A DNA stretch of 64,000 bases from Vulcanimicrobiota bacterium (GCA_963786105.1 CAWAXX010000012.1:64001-128000); one strand, 5' to 3'; positions 50,467 to 60,131 are shown, numbered from the stretch's first letter. Made by a program: numbers and translations. The notes: generated from the letters alone by a model not told the origin.

Positions 50467-51621
50467 TCAGCGCTCTTCCATCCATAGCAACAGCGCGCCG
50501 GCCGTCCCCATAATGATGTTCGGCAGCCATGCGGCGAGGAATGGATTGATTGCTCCGTTACGTCCGAAAGCGGCAGCGGCCGAAATCATGAGATAGTAGA
50601 CGAAAAACATGATGATCGCCAAAGCTATGCCCAGCGTGCGCCCGCGCTTGCCGAAACGCAGCGCCAGCGGCAAGGCCAACAAGATGCTGATGATACAGGC
50701 AAACGGCCAGGCTAGCTTGTTTGCGAGGTTGATCTGCAGGTTGCCCAGCGCCGTACCGCCGATTCCCTGTTCCTGCAACGCGTTGACTTGAACGCGCAAC
50801 GACTTACTGCTCATCGTCCACGGATCGTTATTTACGTTGCTCACGAACTGCGAGGCCGTTTCACCCAGCGGGAGGCCGATCGAGATATCGTTGACGTGCT
50901 GCTGACTGGTCATGAAGCCGTCGTTATTGAAACGCGTATCGATAACGTCGTGTAAGATCAGCGACGTTCCGCTGACGGTCGCTCGCTTCGCTTGCAGCGT
51001 CTCGTTCCACGGCCCGTATTTCGCGGGCTTGAAGATTTGTACGCCGACCATCGTCTTATTGTCCGGAGCGACTTGAGTGACGTAAAAGACGTTTCCAGTG
51101 TCTTGATCCTTACGGAAGAACTGCGGTTCGACCGGAAGCGACTCGGTGTGGTAGATGATTTGATAAAACGTGCGCGTCGACAGTTCGACCGACGGCGGCG
51201 CGATCCACTCGTTGGTAGCGTAGCAGATCAGGAACATTGCGACGCCGAAGGCCAACGGCGCGGCTGTGATGCGAAGTACCGGGATGCCCGCCGTACGCAT
51301 GGCCGTGATCTCGTTGTCTCCCATCACGCGGCCGACGGCAAGCAACGCGGCGAACAAACAGCCGAACGGAAACGCCATTGGGATTGCCTGGGGAATGCGA
51401 AAAATGACGAACCGCAGCACCAAGAAGAACGGTGCGTGCTGGTTGATGATGTAGTCCGCGGCCAGAAAGAAGATGTTGAGCGCCCAGAACAGCAGGAACG
51501 CACCGAATGCGAACATGAACGGGCCGAACATCTCTCGCAACATATAGCTGTCGAGAATCGGCAACCGAAACGCTGCCGCGCTGATTCGTGGGAGCGGTTG
51601 CCGGCGGGTGAGCGTCGCCAT
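50467..51621 (-). CDS. LptF/LptG family permease
   Basis: ILDSYMLRE, DNEITAMRTAGIP, KLAWPFAC, LAAWLPNII. Confidence 0.9.
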   Translation of the reverse strand: MATLTRRQPLPRISAAAFRLPILDSYMLREMFGPFMFAFGAFLLFWALNIFFLAADYIINQHAPFFLVLRFVIFRIPQAIPMAFPFGCLFAALLAVGRVMGDNEITAMRTAGIPVLRITAAPLAFGVAMFLICYATNEWIAPPSVELSTRTFYQIIYHTESLPVEPQFFRKDQDTGNVFYVTQVAPDNKTMVGVQIFKPAKYGPWNETLQAKRATVSGTSLILHDVIDTRFNNDGFMTSQQHVNDISIGLPLGETASQFVSNVNNDPWTMSSKSLRVQVNALQEQGIGGTALGNLQINLANKLAWPFACIISILLALPLALRFGKRGRTLGIALAIIMFFVYYLMISAAAAFGRNGAINPFLAAWLPNIIMGTAGALLLWMEER

Positions 51622-51632
51622 CGCGAACGGAA

Positions 51633-52106
51633 CTAGTAGCTTCGGTAAGCCGCCAGCACGCGCGTCACGTAGGCTCGCGTCTCCGGGTACGGCGGCACCC
51701 CGTGATAGCGGTCGACGGCACCCGGGCCAGCATTGTACGCCGCGACCGCGAGCCGCACGTCGTTATGGTACCGGACGAGCAGCGAATGGAGGTACGTGGT
51801 GCCGCACTCCACGTTTTGCGTCGGGTCGAACGGATTGGCGATCCCGCAACCCGACGACGTGCCGGGCATCAGTTGCATCAGGCCCTGGGCGCCGGCCGTG
51901 CTGATTGCCGACGGGTCGCCGGCGGACTCGGCCATGAGGACCGCGTGCACCAGGCCCTCGGGTACGCCGTTGTTATGCGACGCGTCGGAGACCAGCATAT
52001 GGATCTCGCCGGGTTGCAGGGCGTGTGCGGCATACGGCAGATAGCCCGCGCCGCTGCAGCCGTACAGCAGGCTCATGACGCCGAGAATCCCAAAAAGTCG
52101 CCGCAT
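51633..52106 (-). CDS. Lytic transglycosylase (SLT domain) lipoprotein
   Basis: Lipobox LYGC; AES, GAQGLMQLMP, AAYNAGPG, ETRAYV. Confidence 0.92.
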   Translation of the reverse strand: MRRLFGILGVMSLLYGCSGAGYLPYAAHALQPGEIHMLVSDASHNNGVPEGLVHAVLMAESAGDPSAISTAGAQGLMQLMPGTSSGCGIANPFDPTQNVECGTTYLHSLLVRYHNDVRLAVAAYNAGPGAVDRYHGVPPYPETRAYVTRVLAAYRSY

Positions 52107-52291
52107 CGTCCCTCAAAGTATCACGTTCGCCGATGACCCCGCGACGGGTCGCCGAAACTTTAACCGCGCTTTCTTCTAACCTTCCCGCCGGGCCTGGCGG
52201 TCCGGCCGGAGGAAGTCGAAGCAAGCAGGCAGCTCCCCAACCGCAACTTTCCGATGGCCGGGGCCTGGCCCGCTGCGCTACAGTGATACCC

Positions 52292-53173
52292 ATGTTAGAC
52301 CACGCACCCTGTTCGGTTCCTGAGCGGATTCAAGAAGTCTGCCGCTACATCGAGCGGCACAGCGACGAGCCGCTGACCCTCGACGACCTTGCGTCGCTGG
52401 CCGCGATGAGCCGCTTTCACTTTGCTCGCAGCTTCAAAGCCGTCGTCGGCGTCACGCCCAAGCAATATCTCGCTGAGACGCGCATGAAACGTCTCAAAGG
52501 CGCTCTGCAAGCGGCCAAGCCGATCGATGCGGCGGTCTACGATGCGGGTTACGGTTCGGCAAGCCGCGTGTACGAGCAGGCATCGACTCGTTTGGGAATG
52601 ACGCCTGCGCAGTATCGCGCGGCCGGCGCCGGCGTTTCGATCTCGTATACCTCGCTCGATACTCCCGTAGGATTGATGATGATCGGCGCGACCGACCGCG
52701 GCATCTGCTTCGTTCAATTCGGCGATACGACCGAGGCGTTGCGCAAAGCGCTGCGCCGCGAGTACTCCGGCGCAGACATCGAACCGATGAGCACGCCTTA
52801 CCATCCCGAATTTCGCCGCTGGGTCGACGCGGTGACCGGACATCTACTCGGCGAGCAGCCGCATTTGGACTTGCCGCTCGACATCCGCGCGACCGCGTTC
52901 CAAATGCGGGTCTGGCGCTACTTACAGTCCATCCCGTATGGCAACGTCGCGTCGTACGGGGAGGTTGCGGCGGCGATCGGCGAACCGGGAGCTGCCCGTG
53001 CGGTAGCGCGCGCCTGCGCGAGCAACGTCGTCGCACTCGTCGTCCCATGCCATCGCGTCATTCGCGGAACCGGAAAACTGGGCGGCTATCGCTGGGGGGT
53101 GGGTCGAAAGCGCGCGCTGATCGATCGCGAGCGGAGCCGGCGCGCTCAACCGGCGGCCCGGACGGTTGGTTAG
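52292..53173 (+). CDS. ada: Ada-like AraC-HTH plus O6-methylguanine methyltransferase, without the N-terminal Zn domain
   Basis: SRFHFARSFKAVVGVTPKQY, AVYDAGYGSASRVYE, TAFQMRVW, IPYG, PCHRV, GGYRWG. Confidence 0.85.
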   Translation: MLDHAPCSVPERIQEVCRYIERHSDEPLTLDDLASLAAMSRFHFARSFKAVVGVTPKQYLAETRMKRLKGALQAAKPIDAAVYDAGYGSASRVYEQASTRLGMTPAQYRAAGAGVSISYTSLDTPVGLMMIGATDRGICFVQFGDTTEALRKALRREYSGADIEPMSTPYHPEFRRWVDAVTGHLLGEQPHLDLPLDIRATAFQMRVWRYLQSIPYGNVASYGEVAAAIGEPGAARAVARACASNVVALVVPCHRVIRGTGKLGGYRWGVGRKRALIDRERSRRAQPAARTVG

Positions 53174-53202
53174 AAATCGCCGACCGACGGTATAATCGCC
53201 CG

Positions 53203-53967
53203 GTGCTTAACGCGTGGGAACCCGGGGCCGGGCATTTTGCTCAACTCCACGGTTTGGACGATCGCGTGCTGGTTCGGGAGGCCGGCGACTTCCTCGCGTG
53301 CGGGCTGGAGTCGGGCGAAACCGCGATCGCAATTGCGACGCTCGAGCGTCGCAAGGCATTGCTCGCGGTCTTGGCCGGGAGAATCGATGCCGAAGGTTCG
53401 ATCGAAAATGGCGCGCTGCAACTCTTAGATGCCGAACAAACGCTCGATCGAATCGTCGTTCGCGGCTATCCCGACGCGCAACGCTTCGACGCCGTCATCG
53501 GCGACCGGCTTCGCGCGGCGCAGGCGCGCGGTACCGGCATCCGCGCCTATGGAGAAATGGTCGGCGTTCTTTGGAAAGCGGGACGCTTTCCAGCAGCCAT
53601 CCGGCTCGAACAACTCTGGAACGGGCTGCGGCGTCACGTTTCGTTTTCGCTCTACTGCGCCTATCCGATCGACGTCTTCGGCAGTGAATTCGACTCCGTT
53701 GCTGCGGACGCACTGTTGCGCGCGCACACGCAGTTCTTACCGGCCGAGGCGGGCGGCTCGCTCGAATGTGCGGTCGCCCGCGCAGCCGAAGAACTTCTCG
53801 GCTCTAGGCTCGCGGCGTTCCAGCACCATCCTCGCGGTCAAAACTCCACGCTCGGTGCGCTACCCGCCGGCGAGTCTATGATCTTGTGGCTGAAGGCGTG
53901 CTGCGCGGATCGTGCCGGCGAGATACTCGACCGAGCCCGGAAGTATTACTACGAAGGCTTCGCGTGA
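53203..53967 (+). CDS. MEDS domain sensory protein
   Basis: HFAQLH, GLESGETAIAIAT, IRAYGEMV..LW...AAIRLEQLWN, LYCAYP; GTG 6 nt after TATAAT. Confidence 0.82.
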   Translation: MLNAWEPGAGHFAQLHGLDDRVLVREAGDFLACGLESGETAIAIATLERRKALLAVLAGRIDAEGSIENGALQLLDAEQTLDRIVVRGYPDAQRFDAVIGDRLRAAQARGTGIRAYGEMVGVLWKAGRFPAAIRLEQLWNGLRRHVSFSLYCAYPIDVFGSEFDSVAADALLRAHTQFLPAEAGGSLECAVARAAEELLGSRLAAFQHHPRGQNSTLGALPAGESMILWLKACCADRAGEILDRARKYYYEGFA

Positions 53968-55550
53968 TCTTCAGCGATCGTACGCGTAAGCGGCAGCACC
54001 GCCCGTAACTCGGTTCCGTAGCCGGGCCGCGAGCGCAGCGTAATGCCGGCGGCCAGCGTGTGTACCAGAAAAATCCCGCGGCCGTTTTCACTCAAAGCGT
54101 CGTCCGGAAGTTTCCCCTCGAAGTATTCCAGACCGGGACCGGTGTCGCGGACGGTGAGAATCGGGCGTTCTCGCAGCCACTCGATTCGCACTTCGACCAA
54201 ACCGGGCGCGTGTTGAACGGTGTTTGCGAAGATTTCCCCAATGACGAGTTCGACCTCGAAGAAATTTTCGGTCGTCGACGCCATGCTGCGAAGATAGGCC
54301 ATGACTTCTCGGCGCGACGCCTGGGCCGTATGCGCGCTGCTGGAGTGAAATCTCCAGACCTTTTCGGGGGGAAGCGATTCGGCGTGCCGGTCTCCTAGTT
54401 GCACGGTGGAGAACTGCATCAAAAGAAGAGCCGCGTCGTCGCTGGGATGCATGTCGTCGAACACGAGCTCCTGAACGGCTCTTGCCGGTTGGGCGATACT
54501 CGTGTCGCCGACGAGGAGCGAAAGCGCGGTCGCGAGCTTTCCTTCGACGGTTTCCGCGTCGCGAGAAAACTCGGTCATTCCGTCGGTGTAGAGGGCGATC
54601 ACGGTGTCAGGGGCGATCGAAACCGTATGGGTCTTGGGATCGAGGTCGAAGCCGATCCCTAAGGGCGGATCGCCGAACGGCAGCGCTTGCGCAGGCTCGA
54701 GCCGGTTGCGAGCGATGAGCGGCGGTGGATGGCCGGCCACCGCGTACCGCATGGTCGAATGCGACGCATCGATGCAGCCGACGATCGCCGTTACCATCGT
54801 TCCCGGCTCTTGGTGGGTGAGAATGCGATCGGTTTCTTTGAGAATCGTACCGGGGTCGTCGCCGCGCCACGCGAGGGTGAAGATCGCTTGTCTGAGCCGC
54901 CCAACGGTGACTGAGGCTTCGAGGCCGTGGCCGGCGACGTCACCGATGGAGAAGATGAGGCGTCCGTCGGGTAGCTCGAATGCGTCGTACCAATCGCCGC
55001 CAATGAGCGCATCCTTTTCCGCCGGCAAATAGACGGCGTCGAGTCGCAGATCGGAGTATTGCGGCAGCGCCTTGGGGAGGAAGATCTCGTGCAGCGTCTC
55101 GGCGAAGCGTTTGCTTCGCTCCGCCGTAAATTTCTGAGCGTCGATATCGACGATGCTTCCGTACCAGCGCAACACGCTTCCCGCGCCGTCGCAAAAGGGT
55201 TCGGCACGCGCCAGAAACCAGTGAAAGGACCCGTCGTGCTTGCGTAAGCGAAACTCCATCTCGAACGGCTGGCCGGTGGCGATGGAGTGCGGCCACCTGC
55301 GCATGACCTCGAGAAAGTCGTCGGGATGGTGGGCGGCTTGCCATCCCCAGCCGGCGGCGTCTTCGGTGGTTTGGCCGGTGTATTCATACCACCGCCGGCT
55401 GTACCAGTCGACCCACCCTTCCGCGTCGGCGCTCCAGACGATGACGGGTACCGATTCCGCCAGCGCGCGCAGTTGGGCATCGGCTCTGACCCACGTTGGA
55501 TCCAGCGGCCCCGGTGGAGAAGCTATGTCGCGATACCTCCGACGTGCCAC
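53949..55550 (-). CDS. PAS, PP2C (SpoIIE-type) phosphatase and RsbW-like HATPase fusion
   Basis: PAS (WYEYTG...HPDD...RLRKHDG), IGGDWYD, IGDVAGHG, LYTDG, DDAALL, GEIFANTVQH, VRDTGPG, ENGRGIFLV. Confidence 0.88.
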   Translation of the reverse strand: MARRRYRDIASPPGPLDPTWVRADAQLRALAESVPVIVWSADAEGWVDWYSRRWYEYTGQTTEDAAGWGWQAAHHPDDFLEVMRRWPHSIATGQPFEMEFRLRKHDGSFHWFLARAEPFCDGAGSVLRWYGSIVDIDAQKFTAERSKRFAETLHEIFLPKALPQYSDLRLDAVYLPAEKDALIGGDWYDAFELPDGRLIFSIGDVAGHGLEASVTVGRLRQAIFTLAWRGDDPGTILKETDRILTHQEPGTMVTAIVGCIDASHSTMRYAVAGHPPPLIARNRLEPAQALPFGDPPLGIGFDLDPKTHTVSIAPDTVIALYTDGMTEFSRDAETVEGKLATALSLLVGDTSIAQPARAVQELVFDDMHPSDDAALLLMQFSTVQLGDRHAESLPPEKVWRFHSSSAHTAQASRREVMAYLRSMASTTENFFEVELVIGEIFANTVQHAPGLVEVRIEWLRERPILTVRDTGPGLEYFEGKLPDDALSENGRGIFLVHTLAAGITLRSRPGYGTELRAVLPLTRTIAEDHAKPS

Positions 55551-55633
55551 TCTAGTGTACCCCGGGCTCGGGGCGCTTAACGAGAGATTTCGTACCAGGA
55601 AACAATTGCTTGCTCGGGTACGTACCTGAGCGC

Positions 55634-57505
55634 ATGAACGCTATTCGTGCTCTCGGCGCGCTTTTTGCGTGCACCGGTGCCTTCGCAGCTTTTCCTCTCG
55701 CATCGCCGGCGGCCGCCCCCGACCGCGCCGCCCAAGTGCTGGCAGCATCGCGCGCCGCTTTAGGCGGGTCTGCATTCGAACGGGTTAAGACGCTCGAGCT
55801 TCGAGGAACCGTCAGTGTGGGCGGAATCTCCGGGACCGGCAGTTCGTGGCAAGAGGTCGGCGGGGTTCGTTTTTCGGAGTCGTACGATACGCCGCCGCTA
55901 GTGGGCGGTGACGGTTACGACGGAACCGACGTTTGGAACCGCGACGGCTCCGGTCTCGTGTGGGTGGACGGCGGTCAAGCGGGACGGGCCCAAGAGATCA
56001 GTCAGGCCTTCGCGAGCAACTACGCTCTCTGGGGGCAGGCTCGCGGCGGTGCCACGGTTACCTGGGACGGAGTAAAAACGGACGCGGGTCGCGAGTACGA
56101 CGTGCTGCGTGTGAACGCTCCGCACTCGGCCGTTCCTTTCGAGTTGTGGTTCGATCGCGGCACCCACCTGCCGGCGCGGTTCGTGCAAACGGTGGGTACG
56201 ACTACAACCACGACGACCTACTCGAAGTACCGCGCGTTCGAAGGCTTGATGATCCCCTACGCGGGCCACACTCAAAGCAGCGACGGAAACTCGAGCGACA
56301 CCACGGTTACTCAAGCCGTCGCCAACTCGCCCGATACTATGCGCCACCTCGCCAAGCCGGCATCCGACGTGCACGACTTCTCGATTGCCGGCGGAGCGTC
56401 GAGCACGAGCGTGCCGATCGACCTGGCGGACAACCACGTGTACCTCTCGGTGATGCTCAACGGCAAGGGCCCGTATCGTTTCATTTACGACACGGGTGGC
56501 GCGAACATCGTGGACGCGGCGGTCGCGCAAGAAATCGGCGCAAGCGGCCACGGATCGATCCAAGGCGGCGGCGTCGGGTCGACGACCGAGTCGGTCAGTT
56601 TTGCAAAAGTAGATTCGCTGCAGATCGGCGCCGCGACGATCAAGGATCAACTCTTCGGCGTCGCGCCGACGCGCATGGGCTTCGGTATGTCGAGTGGCCA
56701 GCCGGTCGACGGCCTCATCGGTTTCGAAGTGCTGTCGCGTTTCATCACGACCTTCGACTACGCTGCGCGCACCGTCGTGCTAGCGATGCCCGGCAGCGGT
56801 CCGCCGCCGCCCGCCGGCGCCGGCGTCCTCCCGTTCGTGCTCGACGGGCGCCAGCCACAGTTTGCGTGCGGCATCGACGGCATCGTCGCGCAATGCACGC
56901 TCGACACCGGAGCACGCGATTCGATTACGCTCATGGGGCCGTTCATCGCGGCGCATCCGCAGGTCGTCCCAGCCGCGATGAGTGCGGTCGGCGTGAACGG
57001 TTTTGGCTTCGGGGGTCCGGCGCTGGGCAAGCTTGGCCGCGTCGGGTCGGTCAGTTTCGGCGGCTTTACGTTATCGAACGTGGTCGGCGACTTCACGACG
57101 CAACAAAAAGGCGCCTTGGCAGAGCCGTTCGTGGCCGCCAACGTCGGCGGCAATATTTGGCGACGCTTCACGCTGACCCTCGACTACGGGAAGCAGACGA
57201 TGGCGCTGACGCCGAACGCGTCGTTCGGCCAAAACGACGTTTACGAACGCGCCGGACTCTTCTTGCTCAATCGCAGCGGCAAGTTCGTCGTACTCGATTC
57301 CCGACCGGGGACGCCCGCCGCTCGGGCCGGAATTCTGAGGGGCGATACGATCGCGACCATCGACGGCAAGCCCGTCGCCGGCATGAGTCTGCAGGCGGTG
57401 CGCGAGCTGATGTTCGCAGCTCCCGGCACGACGATCCAGCTGGGCGTGACGGGCAAAGACGGAGCGACGCGCAACGTCGTCCTCACGCTGCAAGACTTCG
57501 TGTAA
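55634..57505 (+). CDS. Exported double retropepsin-like aspartyl protease with C-terminal PDZ domain
   Basis: Signal peptide; FIYDTGG and CTLDTGA catalytic motifs, DGLIG, TPAARAGILRGDTIATIDG. Confidence 0.85.
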   Translation: MNAIRALGALFACTGAFAAFPLASPAAAPDRAAQVLAASRAALGGSAFERVKTLELRGTVSVGGISGTGSSWQEVGGVRFSESYDTPPLVGGDGYDGTDVWNRDGSGLVWVDGGQAGRAQEISQAFASNYALWGQARGGATVTWDGVKTDAGREYDVLRVNAPHSAVPFELWFDRGTHLPARFVQTVGTTTTTTTYSKYRAFEGLMIPYAGHTQSSDGNSSDTTVTQAVANSPDTMRHLAKPASDVHDFSIAGGASSTSVPIDLADNHVYLSVMLNGKGPYRFIYDTGGANIVDAAVAQEIGASGHGSIQGGGVGSTTESVSFAKVDSLQIGAATIKDQLFGVAPTRMGFGMSSGQPVDGLIGFEVLSRFITTFDYAARTVVLAMPGSGPPPPAGAGVLPFVLDGRQPQFACGIDGIVAQCTLDTGARDSITLMGPFIAAHPQVVPAAMSAVGVNGFGFGGPALGKLGRVGSVSFGGFTLSNVVGDFTTQQKGALAEPFVAANVGGNIWRRFTLTLDYGKQTMALTPNASFGQNDVYERAGLFLLNRSGKFVVLDSRPGTPAARAGILRGDTIATIDGKPVAGMSLQAVRELMFAAPGTTIQLGVTGKDGATRNVVLTLQDFV

Positions 57506-57520
57506 AGGCGACCGATCGAG

Positions 57521-58021
57521 CTACTTAAGAACCGTGATCGTTGGTGTGCCTACCGGGTTGGCGTTCGTCATCGGATCCCATAGGAGCCAAATCTTGCCGT
57601 ACGTGTCGCTCATTGCGGCGATGGTCTTCGCGGCTTGATCCGGCGTCATTCCGGGTAGCGTCGCATGCACTTTCGGGATCTCGACTTTATGGTAATGCCA
57701 TAGCGCTTGCTCGGCCGGCGTAAACGACGCGTATACCGTCGGCGCCACGATCGTTTCGACGGCGACCAGACGCGCGTCGGGAGCATCGCTATCGTAGATC
57801 TGGCACTCGGTCAAGCCGCCGGCAACGGGCTTGCACCAGTGATGGGCGATCTCCGTTGGGTGAGCGTCTCCGAAGTGCTGCTCGGCGTCGATGTGAATCG
57901 TCCAACCATCGCTTGGGATGCCGGCAGTTGCGGCGTCCGCGGCGCTCGAACGAAACCGTCCCAGGGTCGAACCGAGGACGAACGCGAGAATCACGGCAGC
58001 GACGAAGAAGTACTTCATCAT
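57521..58021 (-). CDS. DUF1264 (OBAP-like) exported protein
   Basis: IAHHWC...CQIYDSDAPDARLVAVE...LWHYH..E...TYGKIW; SD GGAGG. Confidence 0.75.
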   Translation of the reverse strand: MMKYFFVAAVILAFVLGSTLGRFRSSAADAATAGIPSDGWTIHIDAEQHFGDAHPTEIAHHWCKPVAGGLTECQIYDSDAPDARLVAVETIVAPTVYASFTPAEQALWHYHKVEIPKVHATLPGMTPDQAAKTIAAMSDTYGKIWLLWDPMTNANPVGTPTITVLK

Positions 58022-58128
58022 GGGTCCACCTCCGCCACCAAACTTTCCGTTCGACTCTGCAGAGCTCCCCTTCATTTCGCCCGGAAAGGTTTATGCCGTC
58101 CCGTAACCCACTCGGCTTGCGCTTCCGG

Positions 58129-59460
58129 TCATGCGCGATCGTTTCGTAGCGTTTGGAAGCTCGCACGAACGTCTTCGCAAAAGAGTTGCGGCTGTTCCCA
58201 GGCGGCAAAATGCCCGCCGACGTCGTGCTTTTTGTAATAAACGAGCTTGGGATACGCCTTTTCCGCCCAGCTCCGCGGCGCGGTATAGAGCTCGTACGCA
58301 AACGCACTCACGCCGGTTGGAATCGTGACGCCTTTGACGTCGAAGAAGTCCAGCTTATTCTCCCAGTACAAGCGCGCCGAAGGCACTCCGGTATTGGTTA
58401 GCCAGTAGAGCGTGATGTTGTCGAGCACGTCGTCGCGCGAAAGCCCGCCGGGGTGTCCATCGAACGCCGGGGCGATCATCTCGTAACTGTCCTTGTCGTG
58501 ATCGAGCATCCAGGCCGCTAGGGCGACCGGTGAGTCGCTCAACGAGTAGAGCGTTTGCGGGCGATTCGACATCTCGACGGCATAGCCGAGATGATGGGCA
58601 TAAAAGTCGCTGAGTTGCTCGTAGGCGTGCAGTTCGTCGCCGGTCAGACCGGACGGCGGCTTGGCGCCGGATTTAGCCTGTGCCAAAATGTCGGCGGGTA
58701 CCGTCCCCGGCATGTTCGAGTGAATCGCCATCACCTGTGCCGGCGCGAGCAGGGCGAGCTCCTGCGTGACGGCGGCTCCCCAATCGCCGCCTTGCGCTAC
58801 AAATCGATCGTACCCAAGCCGTTTCATCAGCACGACCCAGGCACGTGCGATGCGCACGGGATCCCAGCCGATCGTGGTAGGTGCCGGCGAATAGCCGTGG
58901 CCCGGCATCGAGGGAATCACCAGATGGAACGCATCGGATGCGCTCGCGCCGTGGGCAGTTGGATCGGTGAGTGGGCCGATGATCTTCATCTGCTCGATGA
59001 TCGAGCCAGGCCACCCGTGGGTCACGATCAGCGGCAACGCATTTGCGTGCTTCGAACGAGCGTGGATGAAGTGAATGTCCTGCCCGTCGATCTCCGTGAT
59101 GAATTGCGGTGTCGCGTTAAGTTTCGCCTCGCACTTGCGCCAGTCGTAATCGGATCCCCAATAGCGCGCTAGCGCCTGAGCCGTCGCTAATTGCACGCCT
59201 TGCGTGTCGTCCGCGACCAACTCGCGCGACGGCCATCGCGTTGCGTTGATGCGCCGGCGCAAATCCGTAAGCTCCGATTCGGGAACGTGCTGCTGAGGAA
59301 ACGGACGAATCGCCGTCGTACCGCTGCCCGCCGGTTCAGCACTTTCAGTCATGCCGTTGGTCCTTTCTTGACATCCGAGAAGACCAAGGGGGATCGCAGC
59401 GACGGCTACCGCGGCAGCCGTGCAAAAGCGACGGCGATTGAGGCCGGGCGTCTTCGGCAT
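58129..59460 (-). CDS. Epoxide hydrolase (EHN-type) with Tat-lipoprotein-like signal
   Basis: NRRRFC...LLGC; AIRPF, YDWRKCE, THGWPGS, QGGDWG, GGHFAAWEQP. Confidence 0.9.
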   Translation of the reverse strand: MPKTPGLNRRRFCTAAAVAVAAIPLGLLGCQERTNGMTESAEPAGSGTTAIRPFPQQHVPESELTDLRRRINATRWPSRELVADDTQGVQLATAQALARYWGSDYDWRKCEAKLNATPQFITEIDGQDIHFIHARSKHANALPLIVTHGWPGSIIEQMKIIGPLTDPTAHGASASDAFHLVIPSMPGHGYSPAPTTIGWDPVRIARAWVVLMKRLGYDRFVAQGGDWGAAVTQELALLAPAQVMAIHSNMPGTVPADILAQAKSGAKPPSGLTGDELHAYEQLSDFYAHHLGYAVEMSNRPQTLYSLSDSPVALAAWMLDHDKDSYEMIAPAFDGHPGGLSRDDVLDNITLYWLTNTGVPSARLYWENKLDFFDVKGVTIPTGVSAFAYELYTAPRSWAEKAYPKLVYYKKHDVGGHFAAWEQPQLFCEDVRASFQTLRNDRA

Positions 59461-59566
59461 GCGTATACCTCCCTCTGCTGCACGGTATCCTGCGCGGCCG
59501 CACCTGTCTAGTCGCTCGTGCCGGCGAGTCCGAACGTCCGCTTCACAATCGACGGTGCGAATGATG

Positions 59567-59580
59567 CGAACGAACGTTCG
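59567..59580. promoter_or_regulatory. Gram-positive-type LexA (SOS) box
   Basis: CGAACGAACGTTCG fits CGAAC-RNRY-GTTCG, inside the palindrome ATGCGAACG-AA-CGTTCGCAT. Confidence 0.55.
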
Positions 59581-59603
59581 CATTGCAGTAATCGGGCTTT
59601 TGC

Positions 59604-59656
59604 TTGCGCTGATGTATGCCGGGGCGTATAGTGGTGGGAAGTGGTGACTAATGGTG
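59604..59656 (+). promoter_or_regulatory. dcw promoter with MraZ-binding direct repeats
   Basis: TTGCGC-N17-TATAGT, then GTGGTG (59631), GTGGTG (59641), ATGGTG (59651) at 10-nt spacing. Confidence 0.8.
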
Positions 59657-59672
59657 CCACAGGGAGGGCTGT

Positions 59673-60116
59673 GTGCACGCGGATCTACCGCGTTTTACCG
59701 GGTCGGTCGAACATGCCCTTGACGACAAGGGCCGGCTTATCGTCCCCGCGCGCTTTCGCGAGCGGCTGGGCCCCGGTTTTGTGCTCACGGTCGCCCAACC
59801 CGATCCCTGCCTAGCACTCCTGCCCACCCTCACTTGGGCAAATTTTTGCGACCGGCTGGAGGCCGCGCCGCGCAAGGACGAAGCGTTTCGGCGATTCGTC
59901 CGCCATCTTTTCGCCAATACAGAGGAAGTTGCGTGCGACGCCCAGGGCCGTTTGGTCATCCCGGCGGCGCTGCGGGCTTATGCGGGCATCGTCCGCGACG
60001 TGGTCTCGGTAGGATCGCTGACGCGGGTTGAAGTCTGGGCGAAGGAACGCTACCAGGCCCACGCGTCTCCGCAGGGAGAGGTCGCCGAGTTTATCGTCGA
60101 CCTGGGGCTCTATTGA
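59673..60116 (+). CDS. mraZ: Division/cell wall cluster repressor MraZ
   Basis: FTGSVEHALDDKGRLIVPARFR and DAQGRLVIP repeats. Confidence 0.94.
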   Translation: MHADLPRFTGSVEHALDDKGRLIVPARFRERLGPGFVLTVAQPDPCLALLPTLTWANFCDRLEAAPRKDEAFRRFVRHLFANTEEVACDAQGRLVIPAALRAYAGIVRDVVSVGSLTRVEVWAKERYQAHASPQGEVAEFIVDLGLY

Positions 60117-60131
60117 TGTGGCCGGGCATTC

